Of a stretch of 64,000 bases of DNA, positions 26,130-41,544 are shown in pieces (the stretch's first letter is position 1; each line of letters starts with the position of its first letter). The translations under genes and the position numbers were made by a program. The notes under the pieces were generated by a model. The model did no database searches. It saw only the letters and a program-made list of their open reading frames with translations, and had not been told where the DNA came from. This DNA is from Octopus sinensis (Eukaryota): the NCBI RefSeq assembly GCF_006345805.1, contig NC_043006.1:75826001-75890000 (forward strand), given 5' to 3'.

Positions 26130-27467
26130 GCTATTGTTGGTGATAGTGCTGAAGAGTTGGTAGTAGATGTGGTGGTGGTGGTTGTGGTATATACAGTGGT
26201 TGTGGTTGTGAATGTGGTGGTAGTGGTGGATGTGGAAGTGGAAATGGTGGATATGGTGGTAGCGTTTACTTCGTGGCTGAATGAAACTTTATCGTAGGCT
26301 TCAGAAGCAATTTTATTTCCTCTTTACTTTTCCTGACGCTATGTCTATTCTCATAGAAGGTAGCAACGTAATAAATTGTAAACGTGTAAGAAAATGGCAC
26401 CGGCTTCAAATATCTATTTACAATAAATCATTTCCGCTATTGTTCAATGCACAATTGCATTTCAGATCCATTGTTGCATTAGTTTGCTACTTTTGCATTC
26501 ATAATGGTGCTGTGCATTTGGATATTTGGTGAATGTTTAAATAATACTGATTTAACACATAGTTTCAATTTATCATTTAAGCTTTTATCTATATAGACGC
26601 ATGTATACTAATAAATTTTCCCCTGAATTTGTTTTTGTTTTACTTATTGCTGTAACATTTCGATTTTTCTCTAATTTTTGTTAGGATTTGAATTATTCCA
26701 ATCCTTATCTCTTGGAGTGAAACAGAACCGATCATGTAACTTGCTAGAAATAGTTGCGAAATACTTTTACTTCAAATGACACTATACCGGATTAATAAAA
26801 TATATCGGATTTTGTAGTACGTTTAGTGAAAAAAGGAAAAGGCTGGTTATCACGGCTAGGAACGCACGTGGCCATAGGGCTGTTCGAGCAGGTTTGATGG
26901 CTGGCTGGCTGGTGAGGAAAAAAGAAAAAAATCATCATCATCATCATCATAATCGTCATCATCATCGTTGTCGTCGTCGTCGTCATCATCATCAGTATCA
27001 TCACCAAGAGCAATAATAACAACAGCAGCAATAACAGTTTGTTTTAGCCTACGAACATAATGAATGCAGGCATGTTGACGTCATAAGAATTGTATGAACT
27101 TTCGGGCAAGTGTGAAATAATTGTATTAAGGAACGATAGTTCTTGAATCACGTAAATATCATTTATAAGGTATTGTGCTTCGACATCCACCGTTCCAAAA
27201 AATGTAATTACATCTATTTTCATTTTAACGTTAATTAAACAAGCAATTCTGAAAAAAACAATAATAAGGATACAAATTTGTCATTACTAGGAAAATCATA
27301 CAAGAATATATATAGAATATGTACCACACGATATTCAGCCAGTGATTGTAAATTCGTCAGGTTATGAGATATTATTCGGGTGGTAGTTAATTCATATTTT
27401 GTCACTGGTTCCACAATTCATCATCAATATTTTGGGTATTGACTTCTGTACACGAAAATATATACAA

Positions 27468-27978
27468 TACCTTAAATCCTCGAGTATAATCCACATTTTT
27501 TCCCAAAATTTAACGGTCAAAATCCCTAGTGCGCACTGTATACAAGGTTAAAAATGAAAATTATTTTCTAAGCAATGTCCGAGGCTCTATTTGCTGTCCG
27601 GCAATGTTTATTCAGACGCATTTTGTGATGTTGGGTGTGAAAATACATTAAGCTAAGCCTGGAAGCAATGAAGTCATAAAAGAATCATCCATAACTTGCA
27701 GTAAGCAACATTCATTAAACGTTATTACTGTTATTACTGTTATTTCTTTATTGTCTGCAAACAAAATGCACAAAAAAGCTACACGTTTGCATTATGTTAT
27801 ATATACAATAATAATAAAGGACGTTACCGTATACATTCTTACAAAACCAAGGACGATATAGACCTTTGAGAAGGGGTGCGTATAATACACAAAGTTTAAG
27901 TTTTTTCAGAGGTACAGCCCCCTAAAAATCCCTTGTCTCTTATACTCAAGGGCGGACTATACTCGAGGATTTAAGTTA
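27468..27978. mobile_element. Non-autonomous TIR element (pogo/Tc1-like MITE), TA-flanked
   Basis: Left end taccttaaatcctcgagtataatcc; right end ggactatactcgaggatttaagtta (reverse-complement match). Confidence 0.7.
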
Positions 27979-28851
27979 TGTATAAGTAACTCACTGTTAC
28001 TTACAGATATATAGAGTTATTACAAGATGTCTTAGTGATGTATACAACGCAGGAAATGAAACAGCTTACTGACAACCGATTCTTCATCTGGAAGCTTAAA
28101 ATCACCTCTACTCCACAAGATGTGACGTTCCAGTCTCGCTGAACTGAGATGAATGATCAATCAACCCAGTTAATTAACCGAATTATTTCTTATCACTTTC
28201 AAGAGAAAAGAACCCATTGAATACAAGGAACTTCTATATATTCATTATAAATAGCTGTGAGTGCGATACATCGTATAATCTTTTCTGCCTGGCTCCGAGA
28301 GGGCAAGCTTTGAAATAAACACATTTATTTGTATCCTTTATCTTCGATTATTTTGCACGAGTATTGCATATTATTTCCTCGTGTTGTAACATAAATCTCA
28401 TGAACATTTGCACCCCTGTCCATCGTTATGGATTTTAGAATCGGAGTTGAAGAAAAAATATAAAAGAATCCGTGTGTTAGTGATTGTTTTCTCTCTGACT
28501 CTCATTCCTCTGCGTCTCCGCAGTCGTATTTACACACATACTGGAGATATGCGACTAGCTGACGGGTCATTATTTCCTCTCCAATCATTTCAACATTTCA
28601 ACAGAAAAGAACTGTAACTGTGCAGTTATGCAACAAACTGATAAGATGGATGAAAAAATACCGAAAGCAACATTAGGATAATTTAATAAAGCCTAACGAA
28701 AACAATATCCATACACTCATACATAAATATATATGCATTTAATTTGTACGTCACACATACATATAGATACAGCCACGCACGGACTCATATATCGCTGAAC
28801 GCATAGATGTAAAAATACAAACTAGACAATCTCTTGCTCTGTCTGTGACTC

Positions 28852-28898
<47 letters not shown>

Positions 28899-29167
28899 GC
28901 GTGTGTGTGTGTGTGTGTGTGTCTGTATGTATAGTTTAGGAAAATCAGTAAGTTGTAATAGGACTCAGAGTCTCAATGCCGTAGTAAGAGTTATGATGCA
29001 TTCTCATCGGCTATTACGACAATAGGCGCTATTGTCATAAAAGCGTCTGTCGTCATAATAGCCGAGGAGAATTCATCGTAGATTTTAGCCCCGGTATTTG
29101 AAACACTGAGCCCTGTTATGACAACTTACTGATTATCCTAAACTATACATATATAAATTCCTCTATG

Positions 29168-29203
<36 letters not shown>

Positions 29204-29534
29204 ATAATAAGAGTAAGTAATTTCTTCGATGGTTTTTCAAAAAAACCAACAATTATTTACTGGTAGATTTCGGTATGTAAATATAACCATTAGTGGCAGG
29301 AACTTCTGTGAAGTTCAGTATATATTGTATATAAGTAGAAGGGGCAGGCATATGTATGTATGTATGTATGCATATATACGTATATATGTATATGTATATA
29401 TGTATATGTATATATATATAATATATATATAATATATATATATATGTATATATATATGTATATATATATGTATATATGTATATATATATATATGTATATA
29501 TATATATGTATATATATATGTATATACATATACG

Positions 29535-29569
<35 letters not shown>

Positions 29570-30111
29570 TATATATGTATGTATGTATCTATCTATCTAT
29601 CTATCTCTCTCTCTCTATATATATATATATATAGATAGATAGATAGATAGATAGATATGTTTATATGTATACATATACACATATGCATATGTAGCTGACA
29701 TGCATATTCAGTAGACATGAGTGTGTGAGTAATGTGTGTGTGTTTGTGTGTGTTTGTGTGTGTGTGTGTAAGGACTAGGAATATTTAAAATAAAACAGAT
29801 CTGATAGAAGAGAATGCACAAAAACCTTGATATATTACTTATGGGATGAACTGAGGGAATAACTTAGAAGGGTTCTTGGCATATAAGGTTACTTGTTTTA
29901 GCCCGATGTTGGGAAATTTTCAGCAATCTAATCTGATTTGTACAGGAATACTAATACAAATACTAATACTAACAACAACAACAACAACAACAACAAAAAC
30001 AACAATAATAATAATGATAATGCTGATAATAATTTAATTTTCAACATGATACAAAAGAATTCGAATAATCATATCGAAAATATACTATTGTCTCCATGTT
30101 GATTTGATATG

Positions 30112-31349
30112 TATCAGGTCAACCCAGAAGTAATGTTTCGATATTAAATCTTACATTTTAATGAAACTTAATAGTCAGTATAGTTTCCACGATTATCTAT
30201 ATCTTTGCATCTTTTAAATCCCATTAGTGAAAAGCTCTTTCGGTTTTGAAGAGAACTCAGAGAGGTCAGTTTCGAATCTCTCAGTTGTTTTGAGAGTTAC
30301 TCAGTCCAAATGATTCTGTAAACTACAGAACAAATAGTAATCTGAAGGAGCAAGATCCGGGCAATAAGGCATATAAGCAGTTTTCTCCCAGCCAAGTTTC
30401 TCGATCTCCTTTGACGTGATTTCTGCAGTGTGTTGTCTTGCATTATCCTCATGAAACCCCGCTCCCTTTCGATTCACTAAGGCAGACCTTTTTCCCTTCA
30501 AAGCAGCATTCAAACGCTCTAATTGCTAACAGTAGATTTGAGAATTGGTTGTTGCATTAGTTGGTGGCAACTCAAAGTGCATGACATCTTTGCAATCCCA
30601 CCAAACAGAGAGAAGAACCTTCGGATGGAGTTCCAATTCTAGTTTTGGCTGGGCCTTTTCCCTTTCACCAATCCATTGTTTACGACGCTTAACAAATTGT
30701 TGAAAGACCCATTTTTCCTCATCGGTCACCAGTCTGCCCATAACGGGCGAAATGAATTCAAGAGAACGAAGAGAATAGCACACATCTACTCGGAATTTGC
30801 GGTTGGCTTCGGAAAAATCATGAGGCACCCATTTTCCGAGTTTTGGGATATTTTGAAACTGTAGTAAACAGTTGTATGGCCTCAACGAAGATTGCTTGCG
30901 ATTCTTCAACTGTAGCTACATGATCTTTTTCAAGTTCTAACAAAAGGATCTTGTCACCAACTTCAACTGGACATCTTGTTCGGGCCTCCACTTCATAGGT
31001 GAAATCTCCACTTCTGAATTTCACAAACCATCTTCTGCAAGTTCTTTCATTCAGGCAATCTTCTCCATCAGGTGAGTGAATATTTCGAGTTACTTCATCT
31101 GCAGAGTTCCTTTTTTTAAATACATAAAGCAGTAAGTACCTCAAATGTTCCTTAGACACTTCCATATTTGGACAGCTATAATCAGTGAAATTTCAACTAG
31201 CTTATCCTGCAAGATGAAATTTAGCTTAAATATGTCCAAATACATAAAAAAAATATTACTTGATACCATTAGATATTCTATAATACTGTTAAAGCGTTTA
31301 TAAATTGAAAACATAGAGGTTCGGCCATTACATATGGGATAACCTGGTA
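30112..31349 (-). mobile_element. Full-length degenerate Tc1/mariner DNA transposon (frameshifted transposase)
   Basis: Three minus-strand ORF pieces: the HTH region (EHLRYLLLYVFKK..RRWFVKFRSGDF), WVPHD..RLVTDEEKW..VLLSVWWD, and FHEDNARQH..PYCPDLAPSDYYLF. Diverged TIRs tatcaggtcaacccagaagtaatg (30112) and cattacatatgggataacctggta (to 31349). About 1.24 kb, typical mariner size. Confidence 0.93.
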
Positions 31350-32075
31350 TGAGCATTTCTAGGAAGAATTGCTAGGAAGAATAATTTTGATTGCATTAAA
31401 AACAGAAATCTCTCGAAGACCGTTTATGTTAACTGGTATATTGTGCTAGAATAAGCAGCTAAATCTCCCTCAACCATTATCTTCACAATTTAGATAAAAT
31501 AAGATCTCCTTAGGGAATATAGTGTTGGCTACATCTAAAAGGACCTTATATTTTTGATTGGACGTTTTTGGGGCATATGTTTGTAGCAGTAAGAAAACAA
31601 CAAGAACAACAACTAGAACAACGACGACATCACCAACGAAGGCAGCAACAAAAACGAAACTATCAAAAGATAAATAGTAACAACAACAGCACAACTGGAA
31701 ACATATTTATGCGTTTATTTAAACGTTAGAGATCAGTATATAACAATTGGGAAAATTCAAAATCGAAAGAATTATAAAAATGTACAATCGTTTTGGATAC
31801 GCCACGGCTATAAATTATCCGATAAAAGGGAAACTAAAAGAAACAAACCTAAATCCAAATGCATTTTGCCGTAAGGAAAAGAAATATATCCAAGTGGTTG
31901 AGTACACACACACACACACACACACACATGCACACACACACGCGCATACACACACACACGCATACACACACGCACACATACGTGTATACAATACATATAT
32001 ATATACATATATAAATCATGTATATACATACATTTGCATGAACATATCTGTGCGGATGTTTATGTATACATATGG

Positions 32076-32153
<78 letters not shown>

Positions 32154-33289
32154 TCGTGTTCACACATGGACACACATGCACACAATATATATATATGTAT
32201 ATATATCATGTATATATATATATATATGTATGTACATGTGTGTGTGTATTTTTATATTAATATACGTATGTATATATATATATATATATATATAAGAATT
32301 CGAGCAGAAGTTGTTTATCAAGAAAGAGAAAGTGTTGCTTATGTTGCTGTCTAAATTTCTTAATAATACCTACCTAGTGCCTTCATCCATTATTAACATA
32401 AATTTCAGATAACTTCACTAGGATTTTTCTCTCCTATTAACTCTCATCTGTATTATGATAAATGACGTAGGGTAGATTGCATCGATACGAATAGCAATTG
32501 TAATGCCTGGATAAACAATTTGAATAATGGTAACCGAGTTAAGCAAATTCAACGAATCATAAATCTTCCCTCTAAACATACAGGTTTACTCAGAGACAAA
32601 AGACATCAGTAATTTAGATTTGAACTATTAATGAAATTATTGAGTCATTAAAAGTTCAAACTATTGCAATATTGTTCCAAATTATCTTTACACACGCACA
32701 TACATACTCATCATTACACACGCGATAAAACCTAAATGCACACTTACATTCACAGGTGTGTATCCACGCAGGCATACTTAAATGCATACACAAATATAAA
32801 CACAGGTATCCGGAATAATATACATACTTCGATACACCCCACCCCACACACACATACACAGGCACTCACAAAATTGTGCATGCAATTTTAAGTTGAAATA
32901 ATATAAGAAAGGAAGGTACCGCTTGAAGTAAGCTGCTCGTATATACAAAATATCATGCTTTAGGCTATTTTCAACACAAATTTTAATCTATTGTGACTGC
33001 ATTCTGTGGCCATGGAAGGAATTAATTCTTGGTTATGTTCTGTTGTAAAGAATTAAAAAATAAGATCTTCACAAAGGTAGCTTTTATAAAGCAATTAGTA
33101 GAGGAGAAAATTACGAAGAATATTTTCTGAGTTGTAATGAAATATGGAAATAAAAGAAAAAGTCTGGTAGCCTCAGTTATTCTAATTTAACTTCAAGGCC
33201 AGGCTCATAATATCGTTTTCGCATCGATTTGTTGTGAATAATGCCTGGTTCTAAGAAAGAGCCGCAAAGTTGTAATAATCAACATATTC

Positions 33290-33830
33290 TTTTGAATATG
33301 GCCAGAAATTTTGAGGGAAGGAGAATATTGACTTTATCGACCCTAATGTGAAACTGAGGTTTACTTTATCCTCCCCGAAAGGCTGAATGGGAAAGTCGAC
33401 GTCAGTGAGATTTGAACTCAAAACAAAGACCCATAAAAATGGCTGCTAAGCATTTTGTATGGTGCAGTGACGATTCTGCCGGTGTGCCGCTTTAGAAATA
33501 GTTCAAGTATAAAATTGAAAATATATTTCAAGTTTATGTAATTTTTATTATTCCAACTGATTTGCTTATCATCATTGGGAAGGCCATTGTCGCTTTTGTT
33601 GCTAAATCAGACACAATTATCTCAGCTAATATATATTGTTATGTAAAGGCGGGGAGGAGCCTGCAGAATCGTTAGCACGCCGGGTAAAATGCATGGAAGC
33701 ATTTCGTCCGACCTTACGTTGTGTTCAAAAATCACCCAAATCGAATTTGCCTTTCATCCTTTCAGCATAATCTGCTTACTCTTCCCCTTGAAATTTCAGA
33801 CCCTTGTGCCAAAACTTGAAACGAATATAT
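33290..33830. mobile_element. Two divergently oriented degraded SINE family A copies (minus ~33290-33490, plus ~33648-33830)
   Basis: The minus copy has ccccgaaaggctgaatgggaaagtcgacgtc; the plus copy has aaggcggggaggagcctgcagaatcgttagcacgccggg. Confidence 0.7.
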
Positions 33831-36011
33831 ATAGTTATGTAAGTAATTTACATAACGTAGTTGCTACTATTATTAAATTTAGATCTGGCCACATTTGACA
33901 TTTCAATATGTGTACATCTGTGAAAAATGCATTTTATGCCGTTTAATTAAATTATAAAAGCAAAATAAAATGTTTCAAAGAGAAATGTTATAATTGGTTC
34001 TGATGGTGTATGGTAGCTTCAGGGGAATGCATTAGAAAGGGAATTAACAAGGAAATCTCATGAAATGAAGAAATATATTACAGTTCCTATGTAATATAAC
34101 TGAAAACGTGTAGCTTATACTGAATAATATTAATAACGTAAATGACATAAACGCACAGTTGAAGACATACGCACGTACGAACGTATGTATGTATGCATGT
34201 ATGAATGTATATATGCATGCATGTATGTATGCATTTATGTACGTATGCATGATTGTTTGTATATATTATAATGCGGTATTTTGCCACTGCTGTATCTGAT
34301 TTTGTAAAACGGTTGTCACTCTGACAGATACTGTTATATTTTAAACTCTTCGATAGAATATTTCTATCTTGCACTCTACGCCTCCCAATTGTTCAGTGTT
34401 ATCCTCAAAAGTCTGGATCGATTTAATGTCCACTTAGTATCACAATATAATTACTATATCAGTTCAGTCACGACTATCAACACGGTCTACACATACTCTC
34501 CCGATACTGTCAGACGTCACCTTACTTATAGTGACTCGCATTCCATTCATGTGGGTGTGGTGTACCGTTATTACTAATTCCCTACAACAGTATAAATGTT
34601 TGTATGTATGATTGTGAGTATGCATATCTAAATGTGTGTGTGCGTTTCTCTGTCTCTATATCTACCAATGTATATATATGTATGAATGTCTATTTATATA
34701 TCTATCTCTGTATGTATGTATGTATGTATGTATGTATCTATGTATGTATACTTTTCGATCGTTGCACTAATAGCCGAGATACTGGAAACAATAATGATTA
34801 TGATTCTAAAGTGGTAAGAAAAGAGAACTAAAAGAAAACAAACACACTTGTAATAAGATATACCTACACATACATGCACACACATAAACACTCAAACACG
34901 CATACCCATATCCACATACATATGCGTAAGTTTACATATACACGTGCACACTCAGGTATGTATTTATATATAAAGTATGTGTATGTTTGAGTTAATACAA
35001 AGCATGCTTTTTTGTATAAAAAATATATGCAACAACATACAAATATAAGCCCGCTTTCATTCACGTATATATAACGTATAATGTATTCCACTTGTAATCA
35101 GGGAACTTATATGAATAAATAAATATATAAATACATTGATATAAATATAACATAAAATTGAATATTTAGTGATAACGTACCAATAACATGACGATATATA
35201 AACACAGGGAAAATCTGTACACCACTATATCGAAGTGGTTATTACGTCTGTCATAAAACATTAAAATAAAAAACTTTAAAAATATACTTACAAAAGAGCG
35301 TACAGTATACTGTCTGGCAGAGCCCTTCGACGAAACTTATAATCATAGATATGTTTATATCTTGGGGTCAGACAAAGCCTAATTTGAGTTGCTCTCGTGG
35401 CATACGGCGTGTCGTGAGGTTTTTAGTTGCAGCGAAGCTCATCATTTTACAGGTCTGACCGTAGCTGGGTTTTTTTTTCCCCAAAGAGGATAAAAACAGA
35501 CAAAGAGAAATACAGGAATCGATTCGAGCACACGGCTATTACTTTAGTTGCCGACTCCGAAAGGATAAAATGCAACGTTGAACTCGACGGAAATTGAACT
35601 AAGAGTGCAGAGAGATGATATGCTCATTATAAAATATCTGTCAAGAGCGTTAGCAGCTGTGTCAATTGTTCCCTTTATATTGTATGTATGTAAAGCGGTG
35701 TGATGAGAATAGTTAAAGCGTGGGATAAAATGCCTTCCACTATTTTACTCTGCACTGACCGTGCTTTGTTCAGATCCCCCTTTGCCCTTCACATTACTAC
35801 GGTAGACAAATAAAGCACCGAAAATAAATAAACCTCTTAGCACGAAAAAAAAAAAACACTGTTATGTTTCTCGAACCATCCTAGAGGTGATCAGATATGA
35901 AAATCAACGTTACTTCGACCGCGGCAGAATTGGAACTCAGAAAGTAAAGATGGACGAAATACTGCTAAGCACTTTTTTCCGGCGTGATAACGATTCTGCC
36001 AGCTTCCCGCC

Positions 36012-36012
36012 A

Positions 36013-36071
<59 letters not shown>

Positions 36072-36088
36072 TACTACTACTACTACTA
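36012..36088. repeat. (TAC)n microsatellite
   Basis: Direct reading. Confidence 0.95.
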
Positions 36089-38159
36089 TTTAACAAGAAT
36101 CAAGAAAACAAATCTCATAACAAAACAAACTAACGCAGTACTCCCCCAATCACCAGAAATATAAGAACGCTATGTTACACACACCTCAAGTACATAGAAG
36201 AGCAACAGGTGGTACTATAGAAACTACCGATAAAAAATTTAATTAATTTACTCTTATATACATCAGTAGGTTCACATATTATATGCATATCAGTAGGTGC
36301 ATACACACACAAATTAAATTTCACCATCATTATTATTAAAAAAAGAAGAAGCCATTTTTCATTCTTTTAAATTAATTTCGACTTAATACTTTCAAGACGT
36401 TTTTATTGATTTTTCTATATGTGAAAGTATTAGAAATATTACAAATATTTTTGTTTCAAATATGCCTGATGGAATTCCAATGTTTAAAGTTTAAACAGTC
36501 TAACTTTTGCAATGCATTTTAGCAGGAAAAAATAAATATTGCTCAAAGAGATTATAGATATGATATTACTTCAAAATTACGAAATAATATATGATTTATT
36601 GCATAAACTTTATATAAATAGAATGAATCTGAAGAAAATAACTAAAATTTTCCACCCATAAGAACGGAATATATCATTTGATTCAAATAGTACTCTAAAT
36701 TCTATGTTTGAAATAGAAATACGATACTTTCGTTGCTGAGAATTGTATCAGCATCTAGAATACCAACATTATTTTTTTATGATTCGCTGATAACCAGGCC
36801 GCAATTAGTGAAAAGATCTATATCCATAAATGTTGCAATAGCCGGCTAAATAGCATGCCAAATTCTCTCTCTTTCACTTTCTCTGCCGCTCTTTCGCTTT
36901 CTCTCTCCATCTCTTTCGTTTTTTCTCTCTTTCTTTCTTTTCCTCTTTCTCTCTCTCTCTTTTTCGCTTTCTCTCTCATTTCGCTTTCTCTGTCTCTCTC
37001 TCTCTTTCGCTTTCTCTCTCTCTCTCTCTCTTTCGCTTTTTCTCTCTCTCTCTTTCGCTTTCTCTCTCTTTCGAAGTGGTTACTAATATCAGTATGTATT
37101 CTTTGCCAACTTATTGAACATTTTTATATTTAGTTGCCGAGGTAAAGTTTATCTAGGCATATAGCCAATTATGTTGGAGAAGAACATAATAAATTGAATG
37201 GATGTAGCATATTACAGGTGTTTGCACTTCATTGAGGAATGAAAATAAATGTAAAATAATTGTGTGCCTATTGTGTATAACATCAATAAACTATTGTTAA
37301 CCAAAAAGTAATTTGAAGGCAAGTTCTGTTGAAGGTAACGGCTACACAAGAATCTAACGAGCAATAAATAGGCTTCTTTAAAAGCATATGTAGTACACAT
37401 TCGCACAAATAGGAATTGAAATGTTTATCTATAATTTCTATAGCATGAAGCACTTTACAACCGACAAATAGCAAAGGGCAATCTCAACATTGCATGTTTA
37501 CATATAATTTGATGTTAAATTGTCGAATACGAATCTTCACTGACACAGAAGAATAAAAAAAAAAGAAACCTTTGGTTTTATTGATATGCGATAAATACAT
37601 ATAAAGAAGAAACTCGTATAAAATTGTTATTATATTGATGAAAGAATATTTGGTTATAAGCAAATTTGTTTTCTACGAAGAATCTTTTTTTTACATTGGA
37701 TATGGAACAATTCCGAACCGTTCATATACCTTGATCAGAAACAAATTATTGAAAAAAAATAAACATATAGTTCGTACAAATTATATTTCCTATGATTTTT
37801 GTTCTTTACTACGGAAGTCGGAGATGTCTAAGATATAAATCACTGGAATAAATGCAAAAGTTTCATTTTCTTTTCTCATTCCTGAATAGATAATTCGTGA
37901 TGTTCGATAGAGGATTGTGTGGGTTAGGAAAGGCATTTCCGATTTTCATCGAGTAAAACGAATTGTATTATGTAAAAGAAAAATATTTTCATTTAAATTA
38001 CAATCTTTAGAAGTCACACCATAAAGGGGGAAAGTGTAAACTTTAAAGTTTTTCTGTACAAGTTCAAGAAATCAAAGGATTAGTTACTTATGCAAAGACA
38101 CGATATTGAAATAATAGACAAATGTATTATCTTTTATATTTATCATTTAATTTTTACTA

Positions 38160-38510
38160 ACATTTGGTTGCGGTCATGCCAGGGTACCGCCTTGAAGAAT
38201 GTTTAGCCGAAAGAGGTGACCCAGTACTTGTTCTATCGGTCTCTTTAGCCGAACCATTAAGTTACGGGGACTCAGTCACAGCAACCACGTTTATGAAATG
38301 CTAGTAAGGGAAAGCACAAACACAAATCCTCACTCACACACGCACGCACACACACATATTTGTTTCTGTCTACCAAATCCACTCATAAGATTTTGGTCGG
38401 CCCAGAACTGTAGCAGAAGATAGTCATTGAACCTGAAACCATGAGGTTGGGAAGCAAACTTCCTACCGCACATTCACACCTGCGCCTAATTAATTAATTT
38501 TTAATGGAAT
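38160..38510 (-). mobile_element. SINE family B copy, degraded
   Basis: ttctatcggtctctttagccgaacc..taagttacgggga..tctaccaaatccactca..ggttgggaagcaaacttc. Confidence 0.72.
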
Positions 38511-39326
38511 TGTTGAAGTGTTACCTGACTGCTTATTCTAACATCAGTGATTGAGAAAGCGAACAGACGAAACCGAAAGTCCCCATCAAAACGAATAATG
38601 ATAAGATAAACAATAAATATAGCAAAATAAAAGAAACAATTCTAGAATACAGAAAAATAAAATAAAATACAATTTCATGGTATTTTATAAATTTTTAGAG
38701 GATTAGCTGTGTAAATTTAGAGAAATACTTTCATAGAAGAACTGAAAAAGGACACACGAAGAATCACTGGCAAGTTAGATTACATAATACTCCTCGTTGC
38801 TTTAAATAGTTCCAGCAAAATGTATTATTTTTATTTGATCATGAAAAATATAATTTGATTATGTAAAGGGAAGTATAATAAATTTACCAAAGAATGAGAG
38901 ATATAATTAATAATTGATTGCAGAAATATTTCCCCCAAAAAGTCAAGACAAATAAATTCAAATAATCCGATATAATCCGAGCTCATCTACCATAGAATAT
39001 TTCATTAGCCTTAGTAATTACTTTGGGCTGTGCAGAAAGTTACATAAGTCCATTACTACAAGATAAATACAAATACCTGAGAATTTGCTATAACATATAT
39101 CATAGTCAATGGGGAAATGCCTTTGAGTATAGGTCATCGTTAAGAATAAAAAATCTGGAAAATTGTTCAAAATTTCAGTATATTTATGATCGTAAATCAC
39201 CCCGATATGGATATGAGACATTTAAAGTACTTAAATTAAGTTGTAACCAAAAAAACATTTCTATCTCGTGGTATGCATTATGACCCTATATCTTTATGAC
39301 AGAACTATAGGGGTGTCATGTTTATA

Positions 39327-39717
39327 TGTGGAAGCACTCCGTCGGTTACGACGACGAGGGTTCCGGTTGATCCGATCAGATCAACGGAACAGCCTGCTCG
39401 TGAAATTAACGTGTAAGTGGCTGAGCACTCCACAGACACGTGTACCCTTGACGTAGTTCTCGGGGATATTCAGCGTGACACAGAGAGTGACAAGGCTGGC
39501 CCTTTGAAATACAGGTACAACAGAAACAGGAAGTAAGAGTGAGAGAAAAAGTTGTGGTGAAAGAGTACAGCAGGGATCACCACCATCCCTGCCGGAGCCT
39601 CGTGGAGCTTTAGGTGTTTTCGCTCAATAAACACTCACAACGCCCGGTCTGGGAATCGAAACCGCATTCCTACGACCGCGAGTTCGCTGCCCTAACCACT
39701 GGGCCATTGCGCCTCCA
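39327..39717 (-). mobile_element. tRNA-derived SINE family C, full length (~390 bp); degraded relative at ~60950-61130
   Basis: The minus strand starts tggaggcgcaatggcccagtggttaggg (A box TGGCCCAGTGG) with B box GGTTTCGATTCC. GC-rich body. The segment gaaagagtaca.cagggatc.cca..ggagcctcgtggagc is shared with ~61000-61060. Confidence 0.85.
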
Positions 39718-40607
39718 CCATGTTTATTTACGATGTATCTTAAGCGTTTTAAATCTGGCAGGTCCACTTTCTTTCTAAATATGACCAGAATCATCGATTT
39801 CCTCCAGAAACATGGAAAGCGGAAAAGGAAGGGGAAGAGAGAGAGAAAGAGAGAATGATAGAGAGAGGGAGTAGAAGAGAAAAAGTGAAGAAGTGAAAGG
39901 AGAAGAAAAAGAAAGAAAAGAAGAAAAGAAGAGAAAAAAAAGGAGTAGGAGGAGACGAATCGATCCCAGTGATATCCTGGTGCTTTACTTATCGACACCA
40001 AAAGAATGAAAGGTAAAATTAACATCAGCGTGACTTGAACTCGGAGTGCAGATTGCAGAAACGAATATCGCTAGGCCATACAATAAACGCTCGAATATCT
40101 CGACCAACTGTCATCTGAATCGATAGAATAAAAAACTTTTTACTTTCTGCAGAGAAAGCGGAGTTGCAATTAGTTTGTTCAAATGAGGTTTCTGTAATCA
40201 TGCCTCAAAGTATATTAATTAATTAACATACTAATCAGAGTGCTTGAACGCAAGCATTTGGCCCGATAGCAATACTAGTCAAAACTCCAATATGTTACAG
40301 CCTTTCATTTCAAAGAAGACTACTCATGTTCAACATTGTTGTTGTGAGATCTAGTTTAAGATTTTGTAGACCTGTAACAGTTATAACAACCAGTCTTTGA
40401 TTAAAGTATGAGCTTTACGTGTGGAATTCTCTAAAGGTGACGTCACAATAAATTACTGACTTTTGCAGGTATACTACAAGACTAGACGAAAAGACGGGAG
40501 ACTATGGCTGGGGTATCTTGATCGTAGGTCTGCTATATTAAAGCGTGTTTTTGTTCTGGGAAACCAGTAACAAATTTTAGTTAGGTGTGAGTTATCTGAA
40601 CTGTCGA

Positions 40608-40830
40608 AAGCGGTGAGCTGACAACATCGTTTGCATACCGGACAAAATACTTAGCGACATTTCGTCCGTCTGCTTGTTCTGAGTACAAACTCCATCGATG
40701 GTCGATATTACATTTCATCTTTCGGGATCTATAAAATAAGAACTAGTCGGGCAATAGGATCGATGTAATCGACTTCCACCACCTTTCAAAAACTGCTGGC
40801 CCGATGACAAAATTTGAAAGTATTTATTTG
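40608..40830 (+). mobile_element. Degraded SINE family A copy
   Basis: gcggtgagctgacaacatcgtttgcataccggacaaaatacttagc..gttctgagtacaaactcc.. Confidence 0.7.
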
Positions 40831-40892
40831 GGCTTCACCAGTTGAAGAGAACAGTACGAAGAACACCTAAATTAACACCAGGCCAGTGATTG

Positions 40893-41115
40893 TACGAAAG
40901 GGTGCTGAAAAGTTCCTGGCTTTAAGGGTGTCGTGAAACGCTTGGTTGGAGGCCCAACCTTCCGTGTTTTTTTATAGGGCTTAGGAAAACTGAAGGACCG
41001 CTGCAGTAAGTGTGTGACACTCAAAGGGGAATATGTTATATAAGATAATAATTAACGGATCCTCTTGTATTTTGTTTTATCTAAAGACAGGAACTTTTCA
41101 GCACTCCCTCATGTA
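40893..41115. mobile_element. Mariner-type MITE with TA ends
   Basis: TIRs tacgaaagggtgctgaaaagttcctggcttt and aaagacaggaacttttcagcactccctcatgta; no coding capacity. Confidence 0.8.
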
Positions 41116-41544
41116 CATGGTAAAAGGACCTGATAGTAAGTATTGTGTTACAAACAGTAAACCATTACTAAGAAGTTGTCTTTCTGTGCTGCATCTCTGT
41201 TATCTTACAAGGGATAATAATACTTTAATTTCCTTAGACATATTCATTGGCAATGAATTTACTTCAAAATAGTATAAACAGCCTTTTCAAATTCTCAAAT
41301 TATTTTCTTGCATTTTAACGTGCTGTGAATTGTGTAAACGAAAGGAAATTGCCTTCAGCAGAAATGAATAGTAAGGATATAGATGTTAGCCGACCAGAAT
41401 TTTAGTTTGTCTATGTTGGAAATGTTTATTCGCAACCCGGTCGTAGCTGAGCGTAACTTTAATTAAAAGTGATCTAGACACCACCAACAACGCTTTAGTT
41501 TCTCACGGGTATATACAGGGAATCACTATTACTGGTATTTAAGG

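Noticed and set aside
39640-39717. tRNA-like sequence with A and B boxes
   Set aside because: It is the head of a SINE, continues into a 390-bp repeat body and lacks a complete cloverleaf.
40454-40530. TACTGAC branch-like motif, ttttgcag acceptor and short open frames
   Set aside because: The branch point is only ~9 nt from the AG, there is no good donor, and the peptides are unrecognised.
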